From the human T2T-CHM13v2.0 reference genome, Homo sapiens: a DNA stretch of 64,000 nt. The notes below the pieces were generated by a model. The model was not told where the DNA came from. It was given only the letters and a program-made list of their open reading frames with translations, and ran no database searches. Made by a program: the position numbers and the translations under genes. This document shows positions 28,180-42,119 of the stretch, piece after piece. The DNA lies in the NCBI RefSeq assembly GCF_009914755.1, contig NC_060937.1; one strand, given 5' to 3'. How positions within the stretch are numbered: the stretch's first letter is position 1; each line of letters begins with the position of its first letter.

Positions 28180-29995
28180 CAAAAATATCTCCTTTACCAT
28201 TTTCTAAATGGAGGTGTTAGTAAAGCCTTGACTTCCCACTGTCTTTTTTATTCTCTTTCTACACCTTCCCTCCAGGTCATCAAATTCATTCTCATTGCTT
28301 TTAATGCCATAGATATTTTCTGACACCTAAAGTTACATCTTTAGGTATGTTTTCTAAGGTGCATATGTTATGTATAAAGTTTCGGTGCCACAAAAGGAAT
28401 AGCACTCGAATATAAAATTTTCTTTTTAATTCTCAGCAAGGCAAGTTACTTCTATAGAAGGGTGCGCCCTTACAGATGGAGGAATGGTGAGCGCACACTT
28501 GGACAGGGGAGGGGAAGATGTTCTTATCCCTGACACACGTGGGCGCTGGGGCTGTGTCGTCCCCCTGTTGGCTAGGGTTAGACCGCACAGGCTAAACTAA
28601 TTCCGATTGGCTAATTTAAAGAGAATGATGGAGTGAGTGCTTTGGCCGGAATCAGGGCAGAGCAGGTAGCGGGTAGTCGGAATGAGTTGCAGTGGAGCAG
28701 GTGATAGGAAGGAGTTAAGGTGGAGAAGGTGATCGGAATCAGTGAGGGTGGAGTAGGCAATCAAAAAAGGTTGCTTTACGAGGAAGTTAAGTTTAAAAGT
28801 AGAAGGCGAAGAATTGAACATAATGACATATTAATTCTCTGAAAAGAAATTTAGAACTCATATCTAACACATAGTTATACAGTGGCTTATTTGAATAATA
28901 CATGGAAATGCCACGGTTATTGCTCATGTGACATATCATAAACTGAACTCTTTAGCTTGCAATTAGTCTGGTGTTTCCATCTAGTAAAGGGCACATTATC
29001 CAACTAAGTGTGCCAGCAAGACTTCTGGGAATTGTCCTTGACACATTTCTCATCTAATTCACTAGCAACTTGGATTAGCTCTACCTGCAAAATATTTCCC
29101 AAATCATCTGTTTCTATTTGTAATGCTCGCCCTCTATCTTGAGCTTCCACCATCTCTTATCTGGTTTATTGGTTTCCCAATTCATTCTTGCCCAACTTCA
29201 ATCCACCTGCTACATAATAACCAGATAGATTTTGAAAAGCTAAAGCACCCATTACTTCACCACCTAGAACCCTGTAGTCACCTTTTATTACTTCTAGAAT
29301 ACAAGCTGAAACTCTTTAAAAGTCAGCAAAATACAGTATTTAATTATGAGAAAACAAAGATTGACAGCATGGATTTCTGGCTGTTTCCAGGTATTATCTG
29401 CGTGAACTTCAGCACATCCCTTAGTCTGCTCATCTTTAAAATGGGAATGTTCACAGTGAAACTTTATTTCTCAGAGAGTACTTGAGAAGATAAAACAAGT
29501 TAATTACAGAAGCAATTAGAGTGGTGTCTCAATTGTGAAAAGCACCAAAGTCATTGACTTCACCTTTCAAGTGTTGCATAATCCAATCTCTGCCTTTTTT
29601 TCAGTATTGTCTCCTCTAACTCTCCTATTCATTGAGTTCCAGCCACATTACCTTTTGTTTAGTTCTTTACTTATCTATTCAATTATGCTCATGAGCCAGT
29701 TTCATCCCCATTTTCCTGCCACGAAGTCTGTTAAAATAGCATCTTAAACATCATACCCTATAACCTAAATTCTTTCACTCTTTGTTATTCCTTGCTCTAG
29801 CCTATTTTCCTTTATAACACATATCAAAATTTACATTTATGTTTTTAGTAGCTATTCCCAGCATCAAATTAAAAGTTCCATGTGGGTAGAGATCGTGACT
29901 CTTCTGTCCACCATTGGATACTTAGTGCCAGACAAATGATCTGGCCTGCAGTGATGCCCAGTAAATACTGGTTGAATTATTGAACGAGTAAATTT
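28180..29995 (+). mobile_element. L2 remnant interrupted by LTR10 and a MIR (~29365-29535)
   Basis: Pyrimidine-rich L2-type text ending in cagtaaatactggttgaattattgaa, the L2 3' terminus. Confidence 0.6.
28366..28869 (-). mobile_element. LTR10 (LTR10F/A-like, HERV-IP10 ERV1) solo LTR, 504 bp
   Basis: Minus strand begins TGTTAGATATGAGTTCTAAATTTC and ends ...TAACA. 4-bp TSD cata (28362-28365 / 28870-28873). Internal 28-bp VNTR at 28679-28762. Confidence 0.9.
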
Positions 29996-31616
29996 ATTAT
30001 TTAATTTTTATTCCTTATGGTAATAAATAAATGTGAATAAATCTTATGGTAATACACCCTGTGATAGTATGTTATATGGTAACAAAGAAGTGTTTTTAAT
30101 GTTTTCATTCTCTTTGAAGCAATATATTTTGCCTTACCCTTTTCCTCTTTCTCCCTTCTTCAGGTTTCCCCTTGAAGAAAACATTACCTATTTACTTACA
30201 TCCACTTATTTGTCCCTGTTTTTCTTCATTAATTTTGTGTATGGGTTGTTGCTGTACACTTCTCTCTCATCTATATATCACTCTTAAAGAAAAACAAAAC
30301 AAATCTGCCATCGCTCTCATATTTTCATATGAGATAAAAAGAAATGAATAATTCCATAACTATTCTTGATGTTACAAAAATGTAGAAATATAAAATAGAA
30401 AATTGATGAGTGACATCTTCAGAAATAGACATGTTCCTTCAGCCTGTAACTGTAATAATCCCACATAGGCAGAGAAAACAGCACAGAAGGGAAGATTATA
30501 TATGGACAATGAAATGAGGAAGCTGTGGTTTCACAGACACTTTTATCTCTATCATTTTAGGATACATAAAAGTCAAAATCCATCTTTTGCAGCAGCTGAA
30601 AAGTATGACCAAGTACATAACAGTTGAAGGAAGATCTGAACAGAGGTAAAACTATACTGTTTGGAAACATGTCTTCTCTGTTGAAGACTATACAATAGAA
30701 TGATTTCAATTGTATTTTGTTCTGATTTGTTTTCATGTACTTAACTGCTATTCCATTGGCTCTTTTCCTTTTCCCATATTCAGTTTTATTGTCTTTCCAA
30801 TAGGAGAAATAGTGTGTATATAGAGGCAGTATATTATACTAGTTAAGAGCAGTGTTCCTACAAAATTTTACTTTTATAAGCAAAAAAAGTCTGAACACTA
30901 TCTAAAAATCGATCACTCAGGAAATTAATCTATCAATCTATTTATCCATCTATCATTGATGTCTCTGTCATTCATTCATTTTTATCAATTTATTTTGCAC
31001 GTTCACTAATATAGTTATACTATGCAGAAGCCATAGTATTTTGAATGAGTAAATATAAAATAATCATCACTTTTAAAATAAAATAGTTTATTTACTTTAA
31101 ATAAGATAAAACTTTTTTGCTTTTTGGTAAATATTACATCCTATTAGTAATAATATTTTGGTGGGAACAATAGAATTAAGTAAATTGCATTTTTGTTTCA
31201 ATGCTTTGTGATACAGAATTGGGAAAGTTTATACCTAATTTTAGTTTATTAATACATTTTGTTTCAATGTTTATCACAGTTTTCAAAGAAGTGACTATAT
31301 AAATATTTTTTAACATTCTCCGAAGGCTTCATTTGCTAGATTATTGGGCTCGTTTTTCAAACTTAATTACCAACTAGACTTTTTCCTAGATTCGACTAGT
31401 AACAATTTCTTGTATTTGATATCTGTGATCTGTTCCATCAACCTAATTGGAAAGTCTCTTTCTTGCTTTTTCTTTTCTCTTCATTGTTTCTTTCTTTTTC
31501 TTTCTCATTCATTTTGTTTTGTTTTTAGCAAATATATTCAATATCCTGTCAATTCCCATTCTCTCTTCAGCATCTACCTGTTGTCTAGACTTGCTATCTC
31601 CAAATTCTCTTCCTGA

Positions 31617-31925
<309 letters not shown>

Positions 31926-32287
31926 TCTGATTTCTCATGAAACCACTTCACTCAGGCTTGCGTATTAGTCATTCCACTAATCTTCTTATCAGCCAACCAA
32001 TGACCTAATGTTGCTAAGTCCATGGCCTTTTCTAGTTCTCATCCAGTCTGACCAATCATCGGCAACGTACAAGGTTAATCACAAAATTGCCCCTGAAATG
32101 CTTTCTTCACTTGGTTTCCAGGACAGCTCACTGTCCTTATATTTCCATCCTCCCATCCTGACCACTTCTCAATCTCTTCTGCTGGTTTTCATCCTAGCTC
32201 TGACCTCTTAATATTTTAGTTCTCTGAAGCTAGCCCTTGAACTTCTTTTTATGATTAACAGCTTCTCACATGTATATGCCAACAGCC

Positions 32288-32435
32288 ACCAGCAATGTGC
32301 TGCAGCCACCTTGTACCAGCTCCATCATGTTCTCTCTTCTCACTTGTGTTCAGTGAAGTCACACTGGTAACTGGCAATGGGCCATGTGGGAGTTTTTACA
32401 CACCAGAAATTGGTGAGCAACTCTCAAATGTGTGA
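32288..32435 (+). mobile_element. MER63-like hAT-Blackjack DNA transposon fragment
   Basis: cagcaatgtgctgcagcc...gttcagtgaagtcacactggta...ggccatgtgggagtttttacacaccagaaattgg. Confidence 0.7.
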
Positions 32436-33544
32436 GTTTGTGTTTGCATGTACCTGTAGTCTAGATCTCTCCTTGAATTGTACACTCCCTGTGTACCTGA
32501 CACATCCATTTATATATCTGATAGTTTTCTCAGGAATGTCTTCCCCAAAACTGTGCTCCTAATATCCTCCCACACCAAAATTCCTATTCCTTATCTGCAG
32601 CATTCTAGGTATTCCAGGCAAGAAACTCAGAGTCATCTTCAATATTTCTCTTCATCTCACACTCCAAATCAGCCATAGGGGAAGACTTTGGTTCAATTCA
32701 AAGTACTTTCAGAATCTGACTCCTTCCTGTTAGCCACACTACCATCCCCATCACTCTCACCTGGGATAGTCCAAGTGGCCTCTCACCTGATCTCCCCACT
32801 TCTGCTCTTGCACCCAACTGGTCCATTCTCCACACAATTGCCAGAGTGCTCCTGTTGAAACCTTAGCTTTATGACATGTTAGTTTTCAGTACCTTCCAGG
32901 ACTGATGGCTCTAAATGCTCTTCTTACATGACCTGGCGTCCTGCACTCTCTCTGACTTCGTCTCCTTCATTCCTGCTGCTTCATGCCCACACTCTTCTGT
33001 TGTTTCTCCAACACACCAGGCATATTTCAAACAATTCTGGGACTTTCTATTTGTTTTCCCTCTGCCTGGGATATTCTACAAATTACTGACATACTTATTC
33101 CCACACATCTTTAAGGTATTTCATGAAAATCACTTAATCAGTGAAGTCTTTCCTGGCCGCACTAAAATTTCAGTCCCAGCCTAGATGTTTCTATGTTTTT
33201 TTTTCTGGTCCATATTTTTCTCTTTAGTATTTATCAATACTTTATATTATATATAATTTATTTATATTTTGATTATCTCTTTTCTTCACTGGGATATAAT
33301 ATTCATTATAGTAAATATTTTGGTCTATTTTGTTTCTTTTTTCTTTATTTCTTCATCATTGACTCCTCCTCCTTCCTCTTGCCCCTCTTCCTTTTCATTT
33401 TCTTCTCGATTCCAGTGCTTGAAAAATTGTAGGCACTCCACATTTATTTTCTAAATGAGTACATTCATGCATACATGAATGAAAAATCTATAAATAAAAA
33501 CGTATTTAAATCTTTGTTTAGAAGACTTTTATTTTATTTTTTTT

Positions 33545-34295
33545 TCTTTTCTAACTCCTCTTACTATCATTTCCAATAGAAGATTTTTGAACAAGAAGAA
33601 ATTCTAAGTATAGAGCATTAATAATTATGAAGGTTTTTATGATTTTTACTGTTTTGGGGGGAACTATCATGCACAGCCCAAGGGTAAATCCGGCACTTTT
33701 GCTAATCAATGCACCGACAGAGGAGTTTGCCTTTTCCACACCCCCTTTCAGAATTTCTTATGTACTCTTCTACTTGCAGCATCCCCATTTTCTGCTCATC
33801 TAGCCAGATAGATCGAGTTTTATTTGCCCTGGTTGCTACAACTTCATTACTGGAACTGCCTTCAGGCCACAACCAAGAAAGCAAAAATGAGAGAGAGGAA
33901 GGGAAGGAGACCCCTCTTATATTCTTTTGCCCAAGGTGGCCCCTATTCCTGGGCCTTTGGCCAGAAAGACAAGGCTCCTCTTGGAGTTTTGTTGTCCATG
34001 CAATCTTGCTGAGGACTCATCTTCTGACGAGACTGGGTGCATTCAGGGTGGTATGGACAAAGGTGGGACTCATCTTCAAAACAATGTCAGGACACAAAGC
34101 AGAAAAGAAAAAAAATCAATTACAAAATTCTGGGATCTCACTCTATGAGGTTGCTTATTCAAGTTTTGACTCCACTCTCCAATTGACTTGATTCTGATTC
34201 CTTTGCAAAGTCTTCTGGCAATTGCTTTTTCTATCCCACCCAGCATTTTTAAGAGTAAGGAACTTACTCCATCTTACCCAGTGCTGGATATTCAT
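33545..34295 (-). mobile_element. Very old L1M/HAL1-type 5' remnant
   Basis: Ends cttactccatcttacccagtgctgga, resembling the old L1M 5' terminus. Otherwise highly diverged. Confidence 0.35.
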
Positions 34296-34442
34296 GAGAC
34301 TCATTCTTAAATTCAAATACTCCAAATTATTTTACTCTGAATTATCAAGTGGACTTCAACAATCACACTAAATGTTTTTAAGGATAGCACTTTTGATGTC
34401 AAAGTATTATAAAGGTTCAAGCATTTAAAAATCTTATTTTTT

Positions 34443-34794
<352 letters not shown>

Positions 34795-35084
34795 TCACAC
34801 ACATACAAAAAAAGAAAAAAAACACAAAACAGAAGAGAGTGGGCCTACCTATCAACTTTATAGAGTTTAGAACTTTCTCTCTTCCATCGGGTGTTTTGCG
34901 TAACATAAAAGTATTATGTGGAAGAACTTGAGCCCCCATAGCAACCTGAATATTAAATATAAATAATGCATTTTCCAAATATTTTAAGATAAAAATGATT
35001 GGGATTGCAATAATAATATTTGCTTCCTTCAATGCAATGGGTCTTCTTGCACACCCCTTGAAATTGATCTATCTGCAGATAGCA

Positions 35085-35240
35085 CTGGTCAAAAGCATAC
35101 ACTCTGAAGTCAGATAGAACTGAGTTCAAATCTCAATTTTGCACTTACAAATTTGGCAGTGTACTCAGGCATAGATTCCCTATTCTGGATGTCAGTTATT
35201 TCATCTGTAATAGGAAGATTGTGTAATGGCTAACTGATAT
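35085..35240 (+). mobile_element. MIR remnant
   Basis: actctgaagtcagatagaactgagttcaaatctc...tcatctgtaatagg. Confidence 0.6.
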
Positions 35241-38200
35241 AAAATATATGTATTATATTGCAGAAAACCTCTCACAAGTACACACACTCTATCTCTTGAT
35301 AATACATGCACACACATATTTACTATACATATTTATATGTACATATTTTTGCATATAATATAGCTATATAATCATCGGTATCATTTACCTCTCAAAGTCA
35401 CTGAAGCTTTATGAATCACAGTCTCACGTGTTTAAAATAAGTTTGCGTATGATTGCTGAGCCTCCATCTCTGCTCATCTTGATGGCTGTAGGCAGAATTG
35501 ACTCCCATCAACTCAGCATCATTGCCACTCACTTTAGCTTTTAGTTTTGCATAGCAGGAAGAACCCTGAAATTACAGTCTCCTGAAACCTCTTTACACTT
35601 AAACAATAAGAATGAAAGGCAGTGAATGAGGAGAGCTCCGGTCAGGTAGCTTAGATCATTGGTGATAAGTGCTTTCGACTTCTCAATTTCTTCTTATCCA
35701 TTTTGGTCCTGCAGACCCTTATGGTCATCAGAGGCAGCTCCTGTCAATTATTGAAAATCCTGATGTCCCGAAAGCAGTCTCCTGGCATTCAGGTGCCCAG
35801 CTCCTCCAATTGTTATGTAGTCTTTGATTGCCTATATTAAGTTTGTCTCTACCAGAACCAACTAGAGTGACTTTGAATTTTCTGATCTTACCCTGACTGA
35901 CAGATGTTCGAAAGACATAACACATGTGAAGATTCCATTAGACAAGGGTCAACATTAGATGAGTGTTAGATTTCATTTTTAATCTCCTCCTACTTTCTTT
36001 TCTTTCTGGGAAAAAAATTCTCATTTCTCATCTGAATTACTATGCATTCTCTTTCCTATTATTTTCCTAAAACATAATAAAACAATGTGGAAAATAAAAC
36101 ATACAAAAATAATTTTGGGTATAAGATTGTATTATTTATGTTGTGTAGTTATATCAGCTTTTTATAATTATAGACTTGTACATCAGATAGACTCTTTTCT
36201 TTGAGTAAAATAATGAATTAGTACATTTTTTGTTATTGTGGATGCTTTTTGGTTTTTATAATGCTTGAGTGAGATGGGTATTTTTAGAGTAGAGATGTCA
36301 CTGCAATGATAGCACTTGTCATAAAACTGTCAATAAAATAAAAATGGAACTTCCTCATTCATAAAATAGTATTGGGTACATATAAGACAGCTCTGGCTAT
36401 TTGACTAACCTCTTATACATCTCTTCACCAAGAGATGCTAATGAAATAAAAAACGAAGCTTATGTTGATTGAACTACCAAATAATTTATAGCAGAGAATG
36501 ACCACAACATAAATGCCAGAATCTCTCAGAGTACGTGGGGCTGAATATGCAATGATTTGAAAGGTTTTAATGAAAATAATATTAATGAGGGAGATAGATA
36601 ATGACTAAAATGTAATTTAGTGTAAGAATTACTATCCATAGGGAAAAGCAACTCCAAGTACCAGATTAACCTTGTGACTTTTATTGCAAACCAGGGCCAC
36701 TTTTCCTGAAGGAAACCATCAAGGTAGCCCTAGGCTACAAGGAGACAAGTTATCTGATTCCCAGAGAAGCCAGAGACTAGGTCATTGGTAATAAAATTTC
36801 TAATGTTTATTGCCTGGAGATAGATTTTCAAAGATGGCATGAAGCCAAAAATAAATTACTTTTAAACAAATCCCTGAACCTTTGCTCTCCGTGCCTTCCC
36901 TTTAGTGTCTTGTCAAATGTCTCCAGTCTCATGGCCCACTTCATATGGAGATTGCTACAACCATAATTTATTTTGTGACTGGTAGGAAAAATTCTTCCTT
37001 TTGCATTCCATTCAAAAATTTTCCTAACTTATAACAGAAATACCATTAGCCATACTTAGGTCAGCAGCTAGTAATGGCTGCTCTTATGCATATTTATTTC
37101 AGCCTAGAAATGTGTCATGGAAAAAAAATTAAAAAGGGAACCAAACAAACTATTACAAAGAATAAACACTGTTTATTTCTTCTTTCTTTTCTAATATGTG
37201 GTGCAAATATACAAATTCCACAACATAGGGTGTATACTAAATAAAGTCCATATACATACAAGTTATATCGGGGTATATTGGGGTAAATCCTTTTAAAAAC
37301 TCATTAATTGGAGTCTAATTAATGTCTGATAATTCATAGTTTTATACTACAGTTTTAAAATGTGCCTCAAGTCAAATCAGACAAACTAGAAATATATTGT
37401 ATATTAGTTTGACACAGAATAGAATTTTTTCGTATAGTAATTTTTTTGTATTCATGTACTATAATAACCAAAATTCACATTATGTGAGGAAGTGGACTTG
37501 GGCTTCTTAATGGATGCATAACTAGTGTCTTAGGGCTGTGAAGACTATGCCAGTTGCCAAAAACAAGATCAAAAACAAAAAACAAAATGCAAACCAAAAA
37601 AAACATGGCACTACCCAATCATCAAGAGGAAGTGGAACTGTATTCAGGAAAGACCAAAACAGAAGCAACAAACTGGTATATTGTGGCTAAAAAATATAAA
37701 TAAATCAGGCTCTTCATTTGAGGTACTTATATTCTATTAGAAACCACATATGGCTATCTCTTATTGCAGGTGTGTTTTTGAATCTCCATTATTTTTGCTA
37801 AAAATATTAATAGAATTTCATTAAATGGAACAAAAAAATGCATGTAATGGTAATGCTTTCCAAATCATGGGGAAAAAAAAGACCCATCAAAAAGTCTATC
37901 TGATTCAATTTATTAATGAAAAGGAGAGTGTGGATATTTTCAGATATTCAAAGACATAGAAAATTTGTTTCCAATTTATCTTTTCCTAGAAAGCTACTTT
38001 AAATTATGCTGGAACAAAATGAGAAAAATCAGTTGACTCAGGAGAGCGCTGAAGGTAGGTAGGTCCCCAAACATCTCACAGTCCAGCTTGGAGCAGGAGA
38101 GTAGATTCTGGGACAAACTGGGGTGATAAGACATAAACAGAATAGTATAAATTTAAAATTCAAATAAGTGAAATCCCATGAAAATCAAAAAGTAAATTAA

Positions 38201-39148
38201 TAAATTAAACATAAGTATTATTAAATAAACAAATAGGCAACTGTGAACTGCAGAATAAACAAACAATGGCTCTCAAAATGACATGATAAAAAATATAAAG
38301 CAAATAGAAATGTGACTTAATTTTAAGCAACTCATTGAATGTCATTATCACACACAATTTCACTTGACCTATACATAAAACAAAATTTTTTGCATGGCAT
38401 AGGAGAACTGACATTGAAAGAATTATGATTATTGCATCGAAGAGTTTACATTGAGGTGTTCTTAATTTAAGTGTCAGGCTTGGATTTATATCTAACAGAA
38501 TTTATATATTTCAACTTCCTAAAAAAATGTTGACTGTTTTTCCTGGTAGAATCAACAATGGACACATCACAGACAAATTTACACATACATTTTACAGAAA
38601 CTGAAGGGAAAAGTGAAGGAAGAGAGGTAAAGCAGAGGGAGCATCAATCTTCTAAAGTGGGAATTTGGAACCATTTTTACCTCTTAAGGAATAAAAAAGA
38701 GAAGCTGAAGTATGATTTTTGAATTTCCTGAGTTGAGCAGCAAGTGAACTATGAATTTTGATATAATAAGGAGGAAAGGGGTAGGAGAAAATATAGTGTT
38801 ATAAATCCACATATGTTAACAGAATGTTAAAATAGGTTGAGCATTTCATAATTATTTAATAATATTTGCCTTTTAAGATTGGAACTGGGAGTTGGTGTTA
38901 ACTGGGCCTCATACTCTTTATTAAAATTCTCTTGCTATTAGAATTTTTTAAAAACCATGTGTGCATATATTATTTGAGTTGAATTATAAAACAATTTAAA
39001 ACAAAAATTTTATGTAAAGGGTGATATACTGAATATAACTGCATAAGAATGGCAAATATAATAAATGTATCCGTGCTATTCTATAGTTCCACATATCATT
39101 TATTAATTTCCTATCAAATTTCCCAAAGTAGCTTCTCCAAAAAACACC

Positions 39149-39215
39149 GCACGTTGTGCACATGTACTCTAAAACTTAAGTATAATAACTTAAAAACAAA
39201 CAAACACACAAACAA
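39149..39215 (+). mobile_element. Ultra-short L1PA 3' terminus with A-rich tail
   Basis: gcacgttgtgcacatgtactctaaaacttaagtataataa is the last ~40 nt of L1PA, followed by a (CAAA)-like tail. Confidence 0.8.
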
Positions 39216-40469
39216 ATATTTAACCTCAGTCTCCCAAAGTTTGATTCTCAGCTCTTAGGAGAAATATCTTTTTGTCTCTTACTTAAATAAGGCAGTAGAT
39301 GTCATCCAGAAAAACCTATTTAAGTTTTCTTCTTCTCACCTCAAAACACTTATTCAGCTCATCTACATTCATATCTTCTTTCTCCTCTGCTCTGGTAGAT
39401 ATGTGTCTGTCCTCTTTAAGGCAAACTCTCATTTAAGTATTCTTAGTTCCGTCTCAGCCACCTTACCTTCTTCTAAACATATCACTTCCATTTAGTCTTC
39501 CATTTTCCCCTACTTTGTCTCCCTTCCTGTGCACTAACGTGTTCCAGTGTTGTTTATCAGGTTAATATTCTTCGTATGGTTTATGTGTCTTCCTTTGTTA
39601 TACCCAAACTTGAAATGAGAGAATCACGCACTCACTGCCTGTACTTTTGTAAATCTTAAACTCATTTGATAACCTTTTAAAATATGACATTATGTCTATT
39701 AGTCTAGAAAAACCACGTTTTGCATGTTAGTAATTGTCCTCTAAATATGACATGAAAATAATTTTCCTGTTCTGTTCTCATTTACTCTGTCAGTTTTGAC
39801 CACGCAATCATGAGTAAAATCCCCCTATTACATTGTATGGACTGCTTTACATTTCTACCTTTTTGAACATAGTTTCTCTATCACCATGTTTGCACTTCTT
39901 ACTTTTTTCACACTCTAAATGATGTTACAAGTTTTTCCCCAAAACATATTTTTCTGATATGTTCCCTCTTTTGCTAATTTCATGCATTCCACACAGCTTT
40001 ATCTTTTGCTGTGATCTGTCGTTACAGTTACAGTGCTGTATTTGAATCAAAGCCATTCATCTTATCTATTATTTAACTCATTACATTTGGCCACCAAACC
40101 AATTCCTCCTTTTGGCCACATATTGCTGTCTACTCTTTCCATCACCTAAACGTAAGACCTTATGGAACTGATCTTGTCTTCTTGACGCTCTTCACTGAAA
40201 ACTTCCCTTCACTTGACTATTTCAGCTGTTCGTGTGTTCACAGTTCCTCCGCCATTTATCCTCTACCTCTATTTTCAGTTTCCACATTTTTCTTCCTTCA
40301 CGTTGATCACTCACAAATAATTACTCAATTCTAGTTCTCAAAACAGTCTCTAGTGAGTTAGGATATATTTCAATAGCTACATAGTCACAATCAAGTCATG
40401 AAGTCCATTATTTACGATGGATGCTGGATCTGGAAGCCAGCCTGGATTCCTGGGCTCTATTTTGTACTA

Positions 40470-40680
40470 ACACACACGTACTCACATACACACACACACA
40501 TCATATATATAACTATATAGTTATACATGTTACTAACTATATATGTTAGTTACTAACTATATATAACATGTATAGCTATATATGTTACATATATAACATA
40601 GTTTTATATATAATATGTTTATATATTTATGATAAAAATATAAAAATATATATAATATAAATATATGTATATATGTATTT
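40470..40680. repeat. (CA)n followed by a (TA)-rich low-complexity, quasi-palindromic tract
   Basis: Read directly from sequence. Contains an 18-bp perfect palindrome at 40508-40525. Confidence 0.9.
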
Positions 40681-41795
40681 TTTTTCCTAGCAAGCAGATG
40701 CATCCCTAGCACCCATCAAAGCTACGAAATTCAGTATTTTGCTTCCTGGACCTGGATCAATTCTCTAAATCTGGTTTCTAATTGAACTATATCTCCCTAG
40801 TTTGCCTGTCAAGAATAGAGCTTTCTTGCTAGGTTTGGGATCCCACACTAAACCAGCTCGTGTTTGGGGCATTTCTGTGTTGCGTTTCCTCGGGTTTGTA
40901 ATCTACATTTTACCTATCCCTATCCTCTGGCCAAAGTTCTGCTGCAGTTGGATAAATGCCCCTGAATGGACTGTCACTCAATAGACTTCTGATTTTCATC
41001 TGCAGCATGGATTTCCCAGTGCAGTCCTGTGTTCACTGGGATTGTATCATTCAAGAACCATGGAGTCCCAAAGTCACGCCTGAGATTGCTGTATTTTTAG
41101 ATACTATTCATACTACTTTTCTCTGAGACCAGGCTTGACAGCTGGTTCATTTCCCTTTGCTTCTACCATACCTTTGTGGTATCTAATCCAATGTAGCTTT
41201 CAGATACTTTCCTTTCCCATTGTCCCAACTGTGGTGGTCCCATAGTCCAAACATAAATAATACCAATGTCCTAATTCAAGTCTTGATACCACTTTACTCT
41301 CTTTCCAACAGTAGTAGTTGGTTAAAAATATTTATTACTTAGAATTACTCTTCTAATTCTCCCTGTATATCATTCTTACATTGGATTTCCTAATCTTCCT
41401 AATCTATTGAGAAATATTCATTTGTATGAACTATTATTTCATTTATTAGTTTATCTGCTCAATACATATTGATTCACAGATATTTATTAATTTTAAAACA
41501 CTAAACTGATCCAATATTCTCTCTCTCAAAGGTCTTCAATAGTACCTCATTTTCCTGAAAAACAAAATTCAAAACCCATTTGCTTAATGTTTTGTTTTAT
41601 CCGGGACCTTGTTTCAAACTACCTTCACTGTATTTTTATCTTTATATACCACCTGTCTTTTAGATAAACTAGATTTCTCATCTTTCTACCATAATTTTAC
41701 TTATGACATTTCTTCCACAGGGGTTGAATTCCCATCCTCGCATCTATCAAAATCTCAGCCTGTATTTTCCAGATCAAATCTTTAGAGGCAACTTT

Positions 41796-42119
41796 GGCCA
41801 GGCGTGTTGGCTCACGCCTGTAATCCCAGCACTTTGGGAGGCCGAGGTGGGCGGATCACTTGAGGTCGGGAGTTCGAGACCAGCCTGACCAATATGGAGA
41901 AAACCCGTCTCTACTAAAAATGCAAAATTAGCTGGGAGTGGTGGCACATGCCTGTAATCCCAGCTACTCGGGAGGCTGAGGCAGGAGAATCACTTGAACC
42001 GGGAGGCGGAGGTTGCGGTGAGATGAGATCGTGCCATTGCACTGCAGCCTAGGCAACAAGAACAAAACTCAATCTCAAAAAAAAAAAAAAAAAAAAAAAA
42101 AGAAAAAGAAAAAAGGCAA
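41796..42119 (+). mobile_element. AluSp-like
   Basis: Sp-type gaggtcgggagttcgagaccagcctgaccaatatggagaaa and a long poly(A). TSD agaggcaacttt / agaggtaacttt. Confidence 0.93.

Noticed and set aside
28679-28762. 28-bp direct repeats as a CRISPR-like array
   Set aside because: Head-to-tail VNTR internal to an LTR10 element, with no spacers.
33709-34191. 160-aa ATG-initiated ORF
   Set aside because: No recognisable homology, and it lies in what appears to be a decayed old L1-type remnant.
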